Numbered from the stretch's first letter, positions 19,891 to 30,755 are shown. The stretch is 64,000 nucleotides of DNA from Porphyridium purpureum (GCA_008690995.1 VRMN01000004.1:62001-126000); one strand, 5' to 3'. Numbers and translations: made by a program. The notes: generated by a model from the sequence alone, not told the origin.

Positions 19891-21387
19891 TCAGATGAAG
19901 AAAAGCGTGCCATCCAATAAAGGATGAATCCGCTCCGTCCAGGCGCCCTCGGCGTCGTGCTCGTGACTCGGCGCTTCATTCTCAATAGAAGCTGGGTAGC
20001 GCGAAGTAAGCACAAACATTCGCTCCGCAAGGCTTGTGGCATACATGACAGGCGCCACGACGGCTACCGCACAAGTGCTGCGAGCCCACGTAAAGCACAG
20101 ATTGAAGCACATTTGTTGCAGCTGTGCGTCGGTCGTGGGCGCCTCGTCCGCAAACACTTCGTACCGGCACGGACGTGATGCGCCGAGATTGGATCCTGCG
20201 CGACTGAGCAAATGCCAGCCACGCCGAGCGCTTGCGGTGCTCAAGCCATGGACAACAATGCCGGCCCTGAGACGAGCGGACTTCGTATGGAAGAGAACCG
20301 CGTCGTCCCTCTTCTGCACCGCGATGTACACCAGCTGGGGCTTGTACTCTGGCATGAGCTTGGCGCAGGCGCTCAGAAGCGCTTCGCGTTCATAGGCAAA
20401 TATCTGGTCTCTCGAGGACTCTTCGATGGCGTCCGTCAACAAGCCGTCCCGGAACACGACCACAATCCTCGGTGCGTGGCCGTTGCATGCTCTGTAGTAT
20501 TCTAAAGCCTTCTCAAAAAGCCTCTCGAAGCTGAGTATTCGAGTGTCACCTGCGGCGTCCTGTAAATGAGCCACAGCGTGATACCTCATGAGCGTGTGAT
20601 CATAAGTCGCTGTGAGCGCCGCCACGTTGCACAGCGAACTGCTCGTCCCGCTCGACGACGCCGCCGCACCTGATGCCGCCACAGCGCTGCCATACGGGTC
20701 GAGCTGGTCGCGTCGTTTCAGCAAAAGTTCTCTCCCGTCCTCGGCGGTCATCAACGTAGCGCCCACAAGCATGGCGGACTCGTCAAACGGCACCAGGTCG
20801 GTGCGTTCGAGTACATAGTTCAGCCCGCCGAGCTTGCTGTTCATCTGAATCACAATGTTAAGAATGTAGTGCGCGTCGATATTGTCCGTTTGCAGGTGCT
20901 TGGCGTCCATGACTTGCGTGATGACGCCGTACATCGAGTCACTGACGCGTTTGATGCTGCGATACACAGAGTCGTGTCCATCAGCGGGTTTGATCACCAG
21001 CACGAGCTGGATGCGCTGGCCTCGCTGCTCGGATTCCGTGAGCACGGACAGAAAGCCGCGGGCGATGCCATTCTGCGAGGTGTCCGCGACGCTGCGCACG
21101 CCTGGGTCCGTGCATGTCTGCAACCCCTTTGCGCGGGCGGTGTCGACGATTCTGGCCTTCAGCACTCGCAGCACGTTTTCCGGCGTTCTGGCGAGATCCA
21201 TAATGCACCACGACACCAGCGGCGGCGCGCTCTGGTAGAAGCGCGTGGAGGCACGCGCCATATCCCAGCAGCCATCTGGCGCCTCGACGCATTCAGACTC
21301 ATACCGCAAGAGCGGCACGCGCAGCTGCGCGGCCTGCACTTTCACCACGCACGTCAGCGAAACATCCTCTCGCTGCGCCGAGCCCAT
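19891..21387 (-). CDS. Short Argonaute-family protein (L2-MID-PIWI only; no N/PAZ; catalytically inactive)
   Basis: VKVQAAQLRVPLLRY..GCWDM (L2), YRSIK..GVITQVM and NSKLGGLN (MID), VVFRDG, SRPCRYEV, LQQMCFNLCFTWARSTCAVAVVAPVMYA, C-terminal IHPLLDGTLFFI; first ATG 21387 (~498 aa). Confidence 0.9.
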   Translation of the reverse strand: MGSAQREDVSLTCVVKVQAAQLRVPLLRYESECVEAPDGCWDMARASTRFYQSAPPLVSWCIMDLARTPENVLRVLKARIVDTARAKGLQTCTDPGVRSVADTSQNGIARGFLSVLTESEQRGQRIQLVLVIKPADGHDSVYRSIKRVSDSMYGVITQVMDAKHLQTDNIDAHYILNIVIQMNSKLGGLNYVLERTDLVPFDESAMLVGATLMTAEDGRELLLKRRDQLDPYGSAVAASGAAASSSGTSSSLCNVAALTATYDHTLMRYHAVAHLQDAAGDTRILSFERLFEKALEYYRACNGHAPRIVVVFRDGLLTDAIEESSRDQIFAYEREALLSACAKLMPEYKPQLVYIAVQKRDDAVLFHTKSARLRAGIVVHGLSTASARRGWHLLSRAGSNLGASRPCRYEVFADEAPTTDAQLQQMCFNLCFTWARSTCAVAVVAPVMYATSLAERMFVLTSRYPASIENEAPSHEHDAEGAWTERIHPLLDGTLFFI

Positions 21388-22690
21388 CCAAACACACCCC
21401 CCCAACCCATTCCCAGTCCCTACTCGCCCCTTACCTCCCTCCCTCGCAGTCAAACCCAGTAACCCTACGCCACCATTGCTGACACTGTACCTTACAGATC
21501 ACACACTGTACATTTCCGCTCACCCGGAACGCTCGAATTCAAACATGTAGCTCGTTTTCGGAATTCTGTGGCGTATAAATGCGGCATGCCATTGCCATCT
21601 CACAGATGACCACCCGTTTACAACACCAACCAGGACCGAAAATGAGAAGAGAACGCGGGGAAGAAAGATAAAAATAAATTAAAATAATCAATAAATTAAT
21701 ACAAAAGGACCCAAAAATAAATATCCTCCAAGGGGGGGGGGGCCGGTGTTTTCGAGGAGGGGGAAGGCGCGCGACGTGATTTGACCACGTGGTTGCGCGT
21801 CATGGCTCGGGATGGAGTGGCGAAGGGGGGAAGGAAAAGAGGGGGAGCGGAGGTACGCGTCTGTGGAGTTTGTAGGCGGCGATGTATGCGGTTTTCATAG
21901 CGTCGCGTTATGGCTTACCGCGCCGCACGACACGTTTGAGTGGTCGGAACCGCGTCGCAAAATGGTCGACACGACGCCTGCGCGCACCCGTATGAGCGCG
22001 CGTGCGATGAGGTGGTTTGTGTCTTTGGGGGGGGCGGTGGGTGAGGTGAGATGATGATGGATTTCACTGTCTGGCGGTCGGGGTGGTCTCGTGGGCTCGA
22101 TGTATACGCGTCCACGTGTGCGTCCCAAGCGCGCACAGGGTTATGTCGGAAAGGGAGAAGGGACGGGCGGAGGGAATGAATGTCGCGCCTTGAGGGCATG
22201 TGGGATTGTCGTGGGTGAGGGTTGTTACGGGTTGCTCTTTACGGTGGGAATGAATGCGTATGGCGCGGCGACGTCACATGCTACCACACAGTCGTCAACA
22301 TCGGGTGCGCAGCAGGGATGACTTCTTGCATCAAAGGGCAAACGGACAGCGGCTCAGCGTAAGCTCGTCGACAGTACGCCTAACACTGGAAGCGTCACGG
22401 TCCACACCAAGGCTATTCTTAGCCGACATCGGGCTCGCAAAACGAAAACTCAAACTACGTGGACGCGCCCGCCAGCAGTCTCCGAGTCGTTGGGTCGCAC
22501 GGACGTCCATGTATAAGGTCGCCTCCGCGTTGAGTTCACGGACGCGCCTTCTGTCCCAATCAGGAAAACTCCGACATTTCGCGCTGGTAGTCAAGACCAG
22601 TGCAGGTCGCTTCGGAGGTGTTGCGACCTGGCAACCGCAGCACAAGTCGTGGCGGCGGCGGCTGCTGTGGCGCTAGGTTTGTGCGACAAC

Positions 22691-24115
22691 ATGGACAAAC
22701 AAAGAGGCGCCACTATCTCTCCAGCGTCGCAGCCCTATGACAGAGCGCGAAGCACCACAGTACTGAACGAGGCGGGGCAGCCGTCAAGCGGACAGATCGG
22801 GCCCGTGCAGCACGCACAACCAGTGGAGCCCAAGTTCAGAGGAGACCCAATGGACGTGAGCGAGCGCATCGCGACGGGCTCGTCGACGGGCTGGTACTTG
22901 GATCGCGCACGCTCGGACTCGCTGACCATGACGCCGCACCTCAGCTCGGCCGCGGCTGCATCGCGGAGTACGGGCGCTCAGCAGGCGATGACATTGGATG
23001 GCTTGGGCCTGCACCATCTAACGGAGCGCATCAACACAAACACATCGGCAGGCTATACGGATGGCTCGGCGAACGAGGAATTTTACGACTGCACGCCGAT
23101 GGACGAGGATGAGTTCAACAGGCGGCGGCTCCGGGTGGGTGACCGTGTGGGCTCCGGTCCAATCTATGAGATTGCGCGCGCAACGCAGGAACAGTTTTCG
23201 TCGCTCGAGTCACACGGAAGTGCCCTTGGTGCAGACCTCGAGCGGGTCTTTCTGGACAACCGCGCACGACCGGTGTTCGTTTTCAATCCGGAGCTGGTCG
23301 AGAATTTTGAGAGCAACGAGCGCGCCCAGCCAATGCCCTCTCACGGCTCAGCGCCGCTAAAGTCGGGATTTTCAGGCACGCGGATGCTTTCGAACGCGAC
23401 CGAGGTGGTGCGCAACTGGGGCAAGAACGTGTCAGGTGGCGCGTCCGTATCGCAGGGCGCTTACGACTCAGCCGGCCCACACGTGCCGCAGCGGGAGAAG
23501 TATCCAGGTGCGGGTGTGCCCGAGAGCACGTGCGGCTGCGCCACGCAACCGTGCACGTCGAAAAAGTGCAATCGACTGAATAGAAGAAACCTGCTTGACC
23601 TGCGGCGGCTTGGCATGTCCTCGTCGAGGCAGTCTGGCATGGCAGTAGACGCAGTGTCTGGTGGCGGCGAGAATTCAAGCTCAAGAGGAGGTTCACGGCG
23701 TGCGAGCGGTTCGTTGAGAGCCAGCGGGTCACTCAGGGCGAGTGGTTCGCTGCGCGCTAGCGGGTCGATGCAGACCAAGCAGGTGCTCAAACTGTTGCGC
23801 AATCGGGAACATGCCGAGCGCTCACGGCAGCGCAGGGCCGCATCACTGAGCGAGTCTGAGCGTGCCAACGCAATCCTATGTGAGCGCGTGGACCAGTTGG
23901 AGCGCGACAACGAGCGCCTTGCGCTAGAACTTCGATTTTGGGACGTCACGGCCGAGCCGCTTGACCAAATCATGCACAGACTTGACGAAACGCAGCGAAA
24001 AAGGACGCGACAAGCCGCGCGATCGATAGACAAGCGCCTCTTTATGGCGCGTCTTGCACAGGGCGCCGATCCGTTCGACTTGCTTTGTGATGAGCTGTCA
24101 CGAAGAACGTTTTGA
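22691..24115 (+). CDS. bZIP transcription factor
   Basis: Basic region LLRNREHAERSRQRR followed by a leucine heptad (L..CERVDQLERDNERL). Confidence 0.8.
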   Translation: MDKQRGATISPASQPYDRARSTTVLNEAGQPSSGQIGPVQHAQPVEPKFRGDPMDVSERIATGSSTGWYLDRARSDSLTMTPHLSSAAAASRSTGAQQAMTLDGLGLHHLTERINTNTSAGYTDGSANEEFYDCTPMDEDEFNRRRLRVGDRVGSGPIYEIARATQEQFSSLESHGSALGADLERVFLDNRARPVFVFNPELVENFESNERAQPMPSHGSAPLKSGFSGTRMLSNATEVVRNWGKNVSGGASVSQGAYDSAGPHVPQREKYPGAGVPESTCGCATQPCTSKKCNRLNRRNLLDLRRLGMSSSRQSGMAVDAVSGGGENSSSRGGSRRASGSLRASGSLRASGSLRASGSMQTKQVLKLLRNREHAERSRQRRAASLSESERANAILCERVDQLERDNERLALELRFWDVTAEPLDQIMHRLDETQRKRTRQAARSIDKRLFMARLAQGADPFDLLCDELSRRTF

Positions 24116-24406
24116 CACATCGAGGATATAGGTATATTGCGTTTTATATTTTGGTGATGGATAGGTAATGTATGTAAATTAGGAGATACCATGCGCTGTG
24201 ACGCTTCGTTTTTACTAACCTCTACCCGAGCTCTAAAGCTTCACACATCCGCTGCCGGTTTATTCTTCTGGCCCTACTCGAATTTTCTCCTCGTCCCGAA
24301 CACATGGAAACAGCAAAGAAAAAAGAAAAAGGGGAAAGCGACCATTCGCCTGCGGCCCGACCACCTCCAGCACTGGGATCTACAAATGACTACTCTACGA
24401 TCTCTT

Positions 24407-25108
24407 TCAGGGCTCCGCGACCAAATACTTCTGGTATCCCTCGGTGGCCTGCAGACGCTCCAGGTATGCGCTCAGATGGGGCAGCTTCTCCAGCACCGGG
24501 TCGAGTTCCGGGATGAACTTTCGCAGCGCGACAGTCAGGTGAACCACCGCACAATCGGCAGCCGTGAGACGATCCGCTACGAGGAACGCTGCCGTCTCGA
24601 GCAATGTGTCCAAAACCTTGAGCGAGTCGAGCGTGCTCTGTTTCGACCGGTCGATCACGAGCCCGGGACCCAGCGAGGCGTTTGCCCAGACCACCCAGCT
24701 GGAAATGGCTGCAAGTTGCGCGTCCGTCAGATCTTTAGCAGCGTAGCGCCGCTGCAGGTAGCTCAAAATTGCGGCGCTTTCGAAAATGACCTCGCCTGGG
24801 GTTTGCTCACCTGCAAGCTCCACGCACGGCACTTTTCCGAACGGGTGCGGATTCTTGGCCGGATCGCGCGTTTCCTGCGCCTGGAGATTGAGACGCACTT
24901 CTTTAAAATGTTCACCCGGCCGCAATCCGCTCTCGTGCAAGAACCAGGATACGGGCGCGGACCGCGTGCGCGACGAGACGCCGCGGTAAAACACAAAGTC
25001 CACCCCGGCGCCGCTACTCATACTGCACACTGCCCGGTTTTGTCGCTGCCCATGCCCCTGGCGCATGAGCTGCAACGACCTGGCTCCGCTCGCACAAGAC
25101 ACAAACAT
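24407..25108 (-). CDS. Glutathione S-transferase family protein, probably plastid-targeted
   Basis: KNPHPFGKVPCV, IFESAAILSYL, FLVADRLTAAD, LPHLSAYLERL; MFVSC transit-like N-terminus. Confidence 0.9.
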   Translation of the reverse strand: MFVSCASGARSLQLMRQGHGQRQNRAVCSMSSGAGVDFVFYRGVSSRTRSAPVSWFLHESGLRPGEHFKEVRLNLQAQETRDPAKNPHPFGKVPCVELAGEQTPGEVIFESAAILSYLQRRYAAKDLTDAQLAAISSWVVWANASLGPGLVIDRSKQSTLDSLKVLDTLLETAAFLVADRLTAADCAVVHLTVALRKFIPELDPVLEKLPHLSAYLERLQATEGYQKYLVAEP

Positions 25109-25423
25109 CTCGCCTTGCGCTGTCCGCAGATACCCGCCAACACGTTGCGTCTACTCGCGAACCTTCGACTGCCGACCACCTAGCGAGGTGGCGATTGAAC
25201 GAGACCAAGGCGACAGAAAAGAAGATTTACAGCTCGTGTGATGCGGAGGATTTCTGGAACCAGTGCGGCAGCGACGCGCGAGCGTCACGAGTAACAGCAC
25301 CGCTACTTCATCTCGTTGGGCTGCCTCGGACCTGCAGAGTGCGCACCAAGTAAAGATGTCGACATGCGTCCGGAAAGGGTTGTGCTCTGTTTACGAGCCC
25401 AGGCATTGACATGGTTCCACAAA

Positions 25424-26155
25424 CTACGCTCGCCCGGCTCCTGGGTACCGATCTAAGGGGTATACACAGTGTTTGCCGAGCACGCGCAAGCCACCGATGG
25501 CGTCGAGGCCTGCCTGACTGATAGCGTTGCCTTGCACATTGGCAAACCAGAAGGCGCCGCCGATACGCTCATTCTCCTGCATGCCCTGCGCGAAAGCGCG
25601 CGCGCCAGCATCCTGCAGCCCGGTGCCCTTGATTGTTTGATGCATAAGGTAGAGCGTGGTCACTGACCGGTTGCTCGCCAACAGCTTGCGCAGTGCCTCA
25701 CCGGAGCCCGCACCGAGTGCGTTCCGAATAAGGCTAATGACGCGTACTTGGCATTGAGCGTTCCTGGCTAGTGCGGTCGCGAGATACGCCATGCCAACGT
25801 CCCCTATTAGATTGTCGCAGATAATCAGTTCTTCTAGCGTCGAATTCTTCTCGAGCCCGCTCGCCAAGATACGTGCTCCGGCATCGCCAATCTCATTTCC
25901 GTCCAGATTCAATGCTTGCAAGCGACACGCACTGCTCTGCAACGCCCGTGCCACGTGCTCCATTGCACTGTCTCCAAGCCGCTGCCCGCCAAGGTACAAT
26001 GTCTGCTTGTGAGCCCACTCGCGTTCCACGTCGGGACTGACGCTGCAGCGAAACTGCGCAGCCGCAACTCGCACTCCGGGATCCGTTCTGCGCTGCGAGG
26101 CGCACGACAGAGACGCAGCGCCTGTGCCAAGTGATGGAAATCCAAATGCATTCAT
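25424..26155 (-). CDS. Leucine-rich repeat protein (RNI-like), putative plastid transit peptide
   Basis: Repeats LQALNLDGNEIGDAGARILA, LEELIICDNLIGDVGMAYLA; MNAFGF start at 26155. Confidence 0.85.
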   Translation of the reverse strand: MNAFGFPSLGTGAASLSCASQRRTDPGVRVAAAQFRCSVSPDVEREWAHKQTLYLGGQRLGDSAMEHVARALQSSACRLQALNLDGNEIGDAGARILASGLEKNSTLEELIICDNLIGDVGMAYLATALARNAQCQVRVISLIRNALGAGSGEALRKLLASNRSVTTLYLMHQTIKGTGLQDAGARAFAQGMQENERIGGAFWFANVQGNAISQAGLDAIGGLRVLGKHCVYPLDRYPGAGRA

Positions 26156-27697
26156 CTTCTCGCCGAGCAGCGACCGCACTGTCTGATACGAAAACGTCCT
26201 TCTTGGACTTTTACGCTTTCCAGGCACTGCCGAAAGTATCCCGGCACAAAGGGCCCCGGCGCTCATTAGCTGGCTTTCACCGCACAGCGAGCGGCCTTTA
26301 CTTTGCAGGAACCATTAGATTTCGTGCTCACGATGCCTCTGCGTGTGAGTCTGCAGTCAAACCGGTATGACAGCCGAAAAAGGCTGCGCTTTTTATCTGT
26401 TCTCCAGTCCTGCACGCAGATTTTGCCGCAATTCACTGGTCCTCGCTTTCGAAAACCATATTCAAATACTAGCTTGGGGAGAACCAACTTACCAGCGCTC
26501 TTTCACGCAGCTGCTCGTGCTTCCTTTCAAGGGCATCATCCTGTCTTCACACGTCCCAACGTCCATCCAAAGCTCGCTGATGTTCAGTCTCATAAGATAT
26601 AGTCTGTTCCAGACCACGTAACTTTGCTGCTATCGTCTTTTCTCTACCCCATGCGACGACGACTTCTTACATGCCATATCCACTGTTGCTTATTCTTCCA
26701 GGGTATGAACCGTCACGTGCTTGACGACGGCGAACAGGCCAAGAATGGGGCTGGTCAAGCTCGCCTGTGCTGAGCCAGGCAGCTTCACAAATGCGCCATT
26801 GCACCCCTTACAAAACAGTGTTGGGCCCGTGAAGCTGACGTTCTTGATTGAGCCGCTGCATGAAATAATTCCCAGAGATTAGCCGCAGGAGGCCAGTAAC
26901 CACGCAACGGTTCAAAAAGACGAAACTCCACGCCAGCGCATTTTCGCGTACCCCTGGGGCAATCGAGCGCATTGGGCCATGAACTCAGACGCCTTCACTT
27001 TTCGGTAAAGATGGTGCCCGCAGCACGGAGCCTCGACTACGGATCGCTAGACACGATACCATGGCCTTATTCGTTGCAAGTGGCAACGTGCCCCCGCAAG
27101 GATGAGGCACAAGATGCATACTTCCGAATTTGATATTCGACGGCGCTTGAGAATCAAGCCGCCGTGCCTTGTACAATATATACGTGCCGACTCGAAATGG
27201 TCTGGGAGAGCTCCGCAGCCTGGATACCCTGGTCCGCCTCTGCTCTCGCGACTAGGCCTGCTATGCGGATCGAAGCGCGGTTTGGCGCATCCAACGGAGC
27301 ATACCGAGAGAGGAAGCCCGTCTTCCATGCGGTGCTCAATCCTCATAAAATTAGCTCGTCTCCAAACAGCAATAGTACCCGTGCACGCATCGATAGGGCC
27401 GCTGTGATTCATGCCATGACAACAAGTGTCGCGCCGGTGTACGTTCTCCTTGCATATCATGCAGTCCTGCACCGGGGCTGGGGCATTTGACGTCATATCA
27501 AAGTCCGTATGGGGATTGCCGCTGCGACTAGATCTCACTGCTGCGGAGCGCTCGCCTGCGCAGAGCGACGTCGCAAAAGCGGTCGATTTCTTGCGTTCGT
27601 AACCACTGCACCCGGTGACGAAGGTTGAAGAGGGTGCCGACTCCAGCGCATAATTCTCCGCTCACGGGCTTTGATGCTGCTTGGCGAGTCGCGGAGG

Positions 27698-28825
27698 TCA
27701 CACGCCTGGATTAGCAGGAGCGCCATTCAGAAAGGCTAGGATTTGAGGGAACAATTCATCTTGCAGAGCGTCTGACGTGTTGAGCAGCTGGTGCGTGGCG
27801 CCGGGGACGATGACTTTGGTCATATTCGGCAGCAAGCCACGCGGCGCATCAGAGCTGGCCTCGATGACCTGCATATTGTACTGCCACCACACCGTGTTAT
27901 CGGCGTCACCCTGAATCACAAACACGCGAAGCGGAATGGGCTCGAACGAGTGTACACGGTGGTCAAATGCGTATACCGCGCGTACCCAGTCAAGCATCAC
28001 GCGGTTGCTCTGGTACGCGTCAAAAGTCTCAAAAGACTTGAAGCGCTCGTCGACGCGCTTTTCGGGAGCGCGCGCCGACACGAACGTCAGAATCGGGTGC
28101 AGAATAAGACCGCATTTGGACAAGTGCCACTTAATAAACCGGATGAGCGGCGCAACAAACACCAATCTCTCAAAATGCTCAGCAAGCTGCGCTTCGCCGT
28201 CTGGCTGCCCAAGAAATGTCTGCGAGAATTGCATGATTGCCGAACAACCCGTACTGTGTGCGACGGCCTTCCAAGGCCGCCGAAACACCGCCGGGTCCAC
28301 CGTGCGTGCCACGCGCATGACGTGCGCCAGCGCGTCGCTGTATTGGCCAAAATCATCGATACTGCAGGGCACTCCAGACGACAGACCGTGTCCAGGCAAA
28401 TCAAATGCAATGACCGAATATGTTCTCGGCACGAGAAGCGCCTTGATAACATCCTGGAAGGTGCCCGTGTGGTCATTGTATCCGTGCAGAACCAGCACAG
28501 GCGCCGCGTCGCCAATAGCGTCCCCGTTTTTCGCCACCCACTTGAAGATTTGCACCACGACAAGATACGACCCCGTCTCGACGTATCCGCGCCTGTACAG
28601 CAGAGACCCGGCGCCGCTAGACGCCTCGTCGCTGATATCTGACGCGCGCAGGTGGTAGGTAGCGAGGTACGCGTCATCCTGCCATAAGCTTGACGCCGCG
28701 AGGTCCTCATAATCGCACTCCTCGAGCCGCACCTTTTGCGCGGCTGACTTACACGCCAGCAGCGCCTCGTCTGTGCGTGGCTCACACGCAACGCCTCCAC
28801 TGCACATGGGACAATACACTGGCAT
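27698..28825 (-). CDS. Alpha/beta hydrolase (monoglyceride lipase / lysophospholipase family)
   Basis: VLHGYNDH, FDLPGHGLS, AHSTG nucleophile elbow, QGDADNTV, GATHQL; start uncertain (ATG 28825, ORF extends to 29053). Confidence 0.88.
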   Translation of the reverse strand: MPVYCPMCSGGVACEPRTDEALLACKSAAQKVRLEECDYEDLAASSLWQDDAYLATYHLRASDISDEASSGAGSLLYRRGYVETGSYLVVVQIFKWVAKNGDAIGDAAPVLVLHGYNDHTGTFQDVIKALLVPRTYSVIAFDLPGHGLSSGVPCSIDDFGQYSDALAHVMRVARTVDPAVFRRPWKAVAHSTGCSAIMQFSQTFLGQPDGEAQLAEHFERLVFVAPLIRFIKWHLSKCGLILHPILTFVSARAPEKRVDERFKSFETFDAYQSNRVMLDWVRAVYAFDHRVHSFEPIPLRVFVIQGDADNTVWWQYNMQVIEASSDAPRGLLPNMTKVIVPGATHQLLNTSDALQDELFPQILAFLNGAPANPGV

Positions 28826-29405
28826 TGCCTGTTGGCTGTTGGCACCGGACCGCGCGCGCTTGCTGTACGTGCGTCGTGCGCCAGCCTCGTCAACCCCCGC
28901 CCGTAGCACAGGGATGCTCTTCGAGCTCCTGCGCAGCCGAGCACCAACAGGGGCTAAGTTTATAACTAGAACTTGAGAGGCAACGACGACGCACGTGCCG
29001 CTGAACGTGCCGTTGAACGAGGACAGGTACGTTTGGCGGGGCGACAATGCCACAGGGTGTCAGGACTGCGGTTTCCACTTCTAGCAGATGGAAATGAAAG
29101 AAAGGATAAATTTGCGCAAAATCCTGTGCATGTGCACCAGGAAGCCCGCATGCCACTTCTCGATCGGCGTTTGGTCGGAGATGGAACAAGGCAAAGAAGA
29201 TGAAAAAGCAAAAAAACAAACAAACAGCAAAACAATAAGACAAAGGCATGATGGACTGAAATCTATGGACTGGTGCGGCCGCGTGCCAGTCTTCCAACAG
29301 CAGCCTTATTCCTGCACTGCTCTACTCTACTCTTGTCTCTGGTCTGCCTCTGCGAGTGAGAATCGAGTCAATCAAGGACGCACAACGAGATAGCTTCGCG
29401 CAGGA

Positions 29406-30755
29406 TTAGGTGGCATGATTCATAATGCCGGGGACCGCTTGCGTCTTGAACGAGGACGAGTACTCGTCTGAGAACAGAGACAACTCGGACGGCACGCGTC
29501 GCATCTTATCCTGCTCGGACGCGAGCACACGCGGCGAGCAGCCCTGCGCCTCTCGCCGCGCCTTGATCAGCTCGATGGCTGACTTTTGCTGGATGTCCTG
29601 CACCATGTGCCGGAGCTCGTTCATGGCCGTGTCGTAGCCGCGGATGACATGGCGCATCGTGTAGTTGAGCACGCGCGACACCCACAGCTTGAAAATAAGC
29701 TCGTGCCAGTCCGAGTCCCCAAACTCAAAGTTCGCGAGCAGAACCTGATAGCACTCGACCCACGTCGCCTCGTCCATAAACGAGTACTGCGGCCAGTCGC
29801 GGCACGCAATGAGACCCGCCGCGACGCGTTCAGGGAACAGCACGTGCAGAAGCTCCTCCTGTCGCGGCGTCCAGTTTTCTGAGAGCAGCACAAGGCTCTT
29901 TTCAATATTGTACCCGATTTTGGACGTCACCGAGTTGGGCACGGGCTCTGCCGACGCAATGCGGTGCACCGACTCGGCCCGGATGCTGCACTTTTGCAGG
30001 CCCTGCAGCGCGGCGAAGCACTCGATGAGCATGTTGAACAGGTCGCGCAGCCCGCCGTACAGCGCATGCAACTTGCCCTCCGGCACGTACACTTCAATCA
30101 TGTTCATGCCGGCCTGCGCGCACACAAAGGTGTAGAGCGTGTCGATGCCCCAGTCGCTCTGGCGCATGACGCGCTCGTCCGACACGAGCACATCCACGCA
30201 ACGTCGCGTGAGGCACAGCTCGCCGCCCAGCGGCTGCTGAACCCACGGCAGCACGGAGAGCGGAAACAGCAGCGAGAAGCCGACCTTGGTGATTTGCCAC
30301 GTGATCTGCGCGTCGGTCGACGAGCGCGGAAAGTAGTGTCGAATCACATCATACTCCATGTCGGCAGCCTCCTCCGCCTTGGTGATCCACGAGCTGTTGA
30401 ACGACTCGATATCTGCGTCGTAAAAGTGAATGCGCTCGAGCGGCTCGGATACGACAGGCTCGCCGAACAGTTCATCATACTCGTGCGCGCGCAAAAAGTA
30501 GAGCAGCGCCGTGTTCATGCCGTCTCCCTTGCCCTCGCGCAGCGCGCCCAGTCGCAGCTGGGTCATTTGGACGATGGGAACGTCGCACTGCGCGCCCAGC
30601 GCCGGCAGGCGCGCGTCGATCTCCACGTAAGTCTCGTTCTCTGACGCACCCACGAGCAGCACCATACGGACGCGCGGGTGCTGCGCGGCCGTCTTCACGT
30701 TGCGCATCACCACGTCGACATCCTCCTTCTTAAACGGAAAGCACACCAAGGCCAT
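29406..30755 (-). CDS. mgs: Mannosylglycerate synthase (GT78)
   Basis: MALVCFPFKKE..NVKTAAQHPRV, GKGDGMNTAL, HFYDADI, RHYFPRSSTDAQITW, QPLGGEL, DWGIDT, GKLHALYGGL match Rhodothermus-type MGS. Confidence 0.93.
   Translation of the reverse strand: MALVCFPFKKEDVDVVMRNVKTAAQHPRVRMVLLVGASENETYVEIDARLPALGAQCDVPIVQMTQLRLGALREGKGDGMNTALLYFLRAHEYDELFGEPVVSEPLERIHFYDADIESFNSSWITKAEEAADMEYDVIRHYFPRSSTDAQITWQITKVGFSLLFPLSVLPWVQQPLGGELCLTRRCVDVLVSDERVMRQSDWGIDTLYTFVCAQAGMNMIEVYVPEGKLHALYGGLRDLFNMLIECFAALQGLQKCSIRAESVHRIASAEPVPNSVTSKIGYNIEKSLVLLSENWTPRQEELLHVLFPERVAAGLIACRDWPQYSFMDEATWVECYQVLLANFEFGDSDWHELIFKLWVSRVLNYTMRHVIRGYDTAMNELRHMVQDIQQKSAIELIKARREAQGCSPRVLASEQDKMRRVPSELSLFSDEYSSSFKTQAVPGIMNHAT

Noticed and set aside
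27154..27339. Gypsy reverse-transcriptase-like peptide WKTGFLSRY
   Set aside because: Single short motif; no MPFGL or YxDD found nearby.
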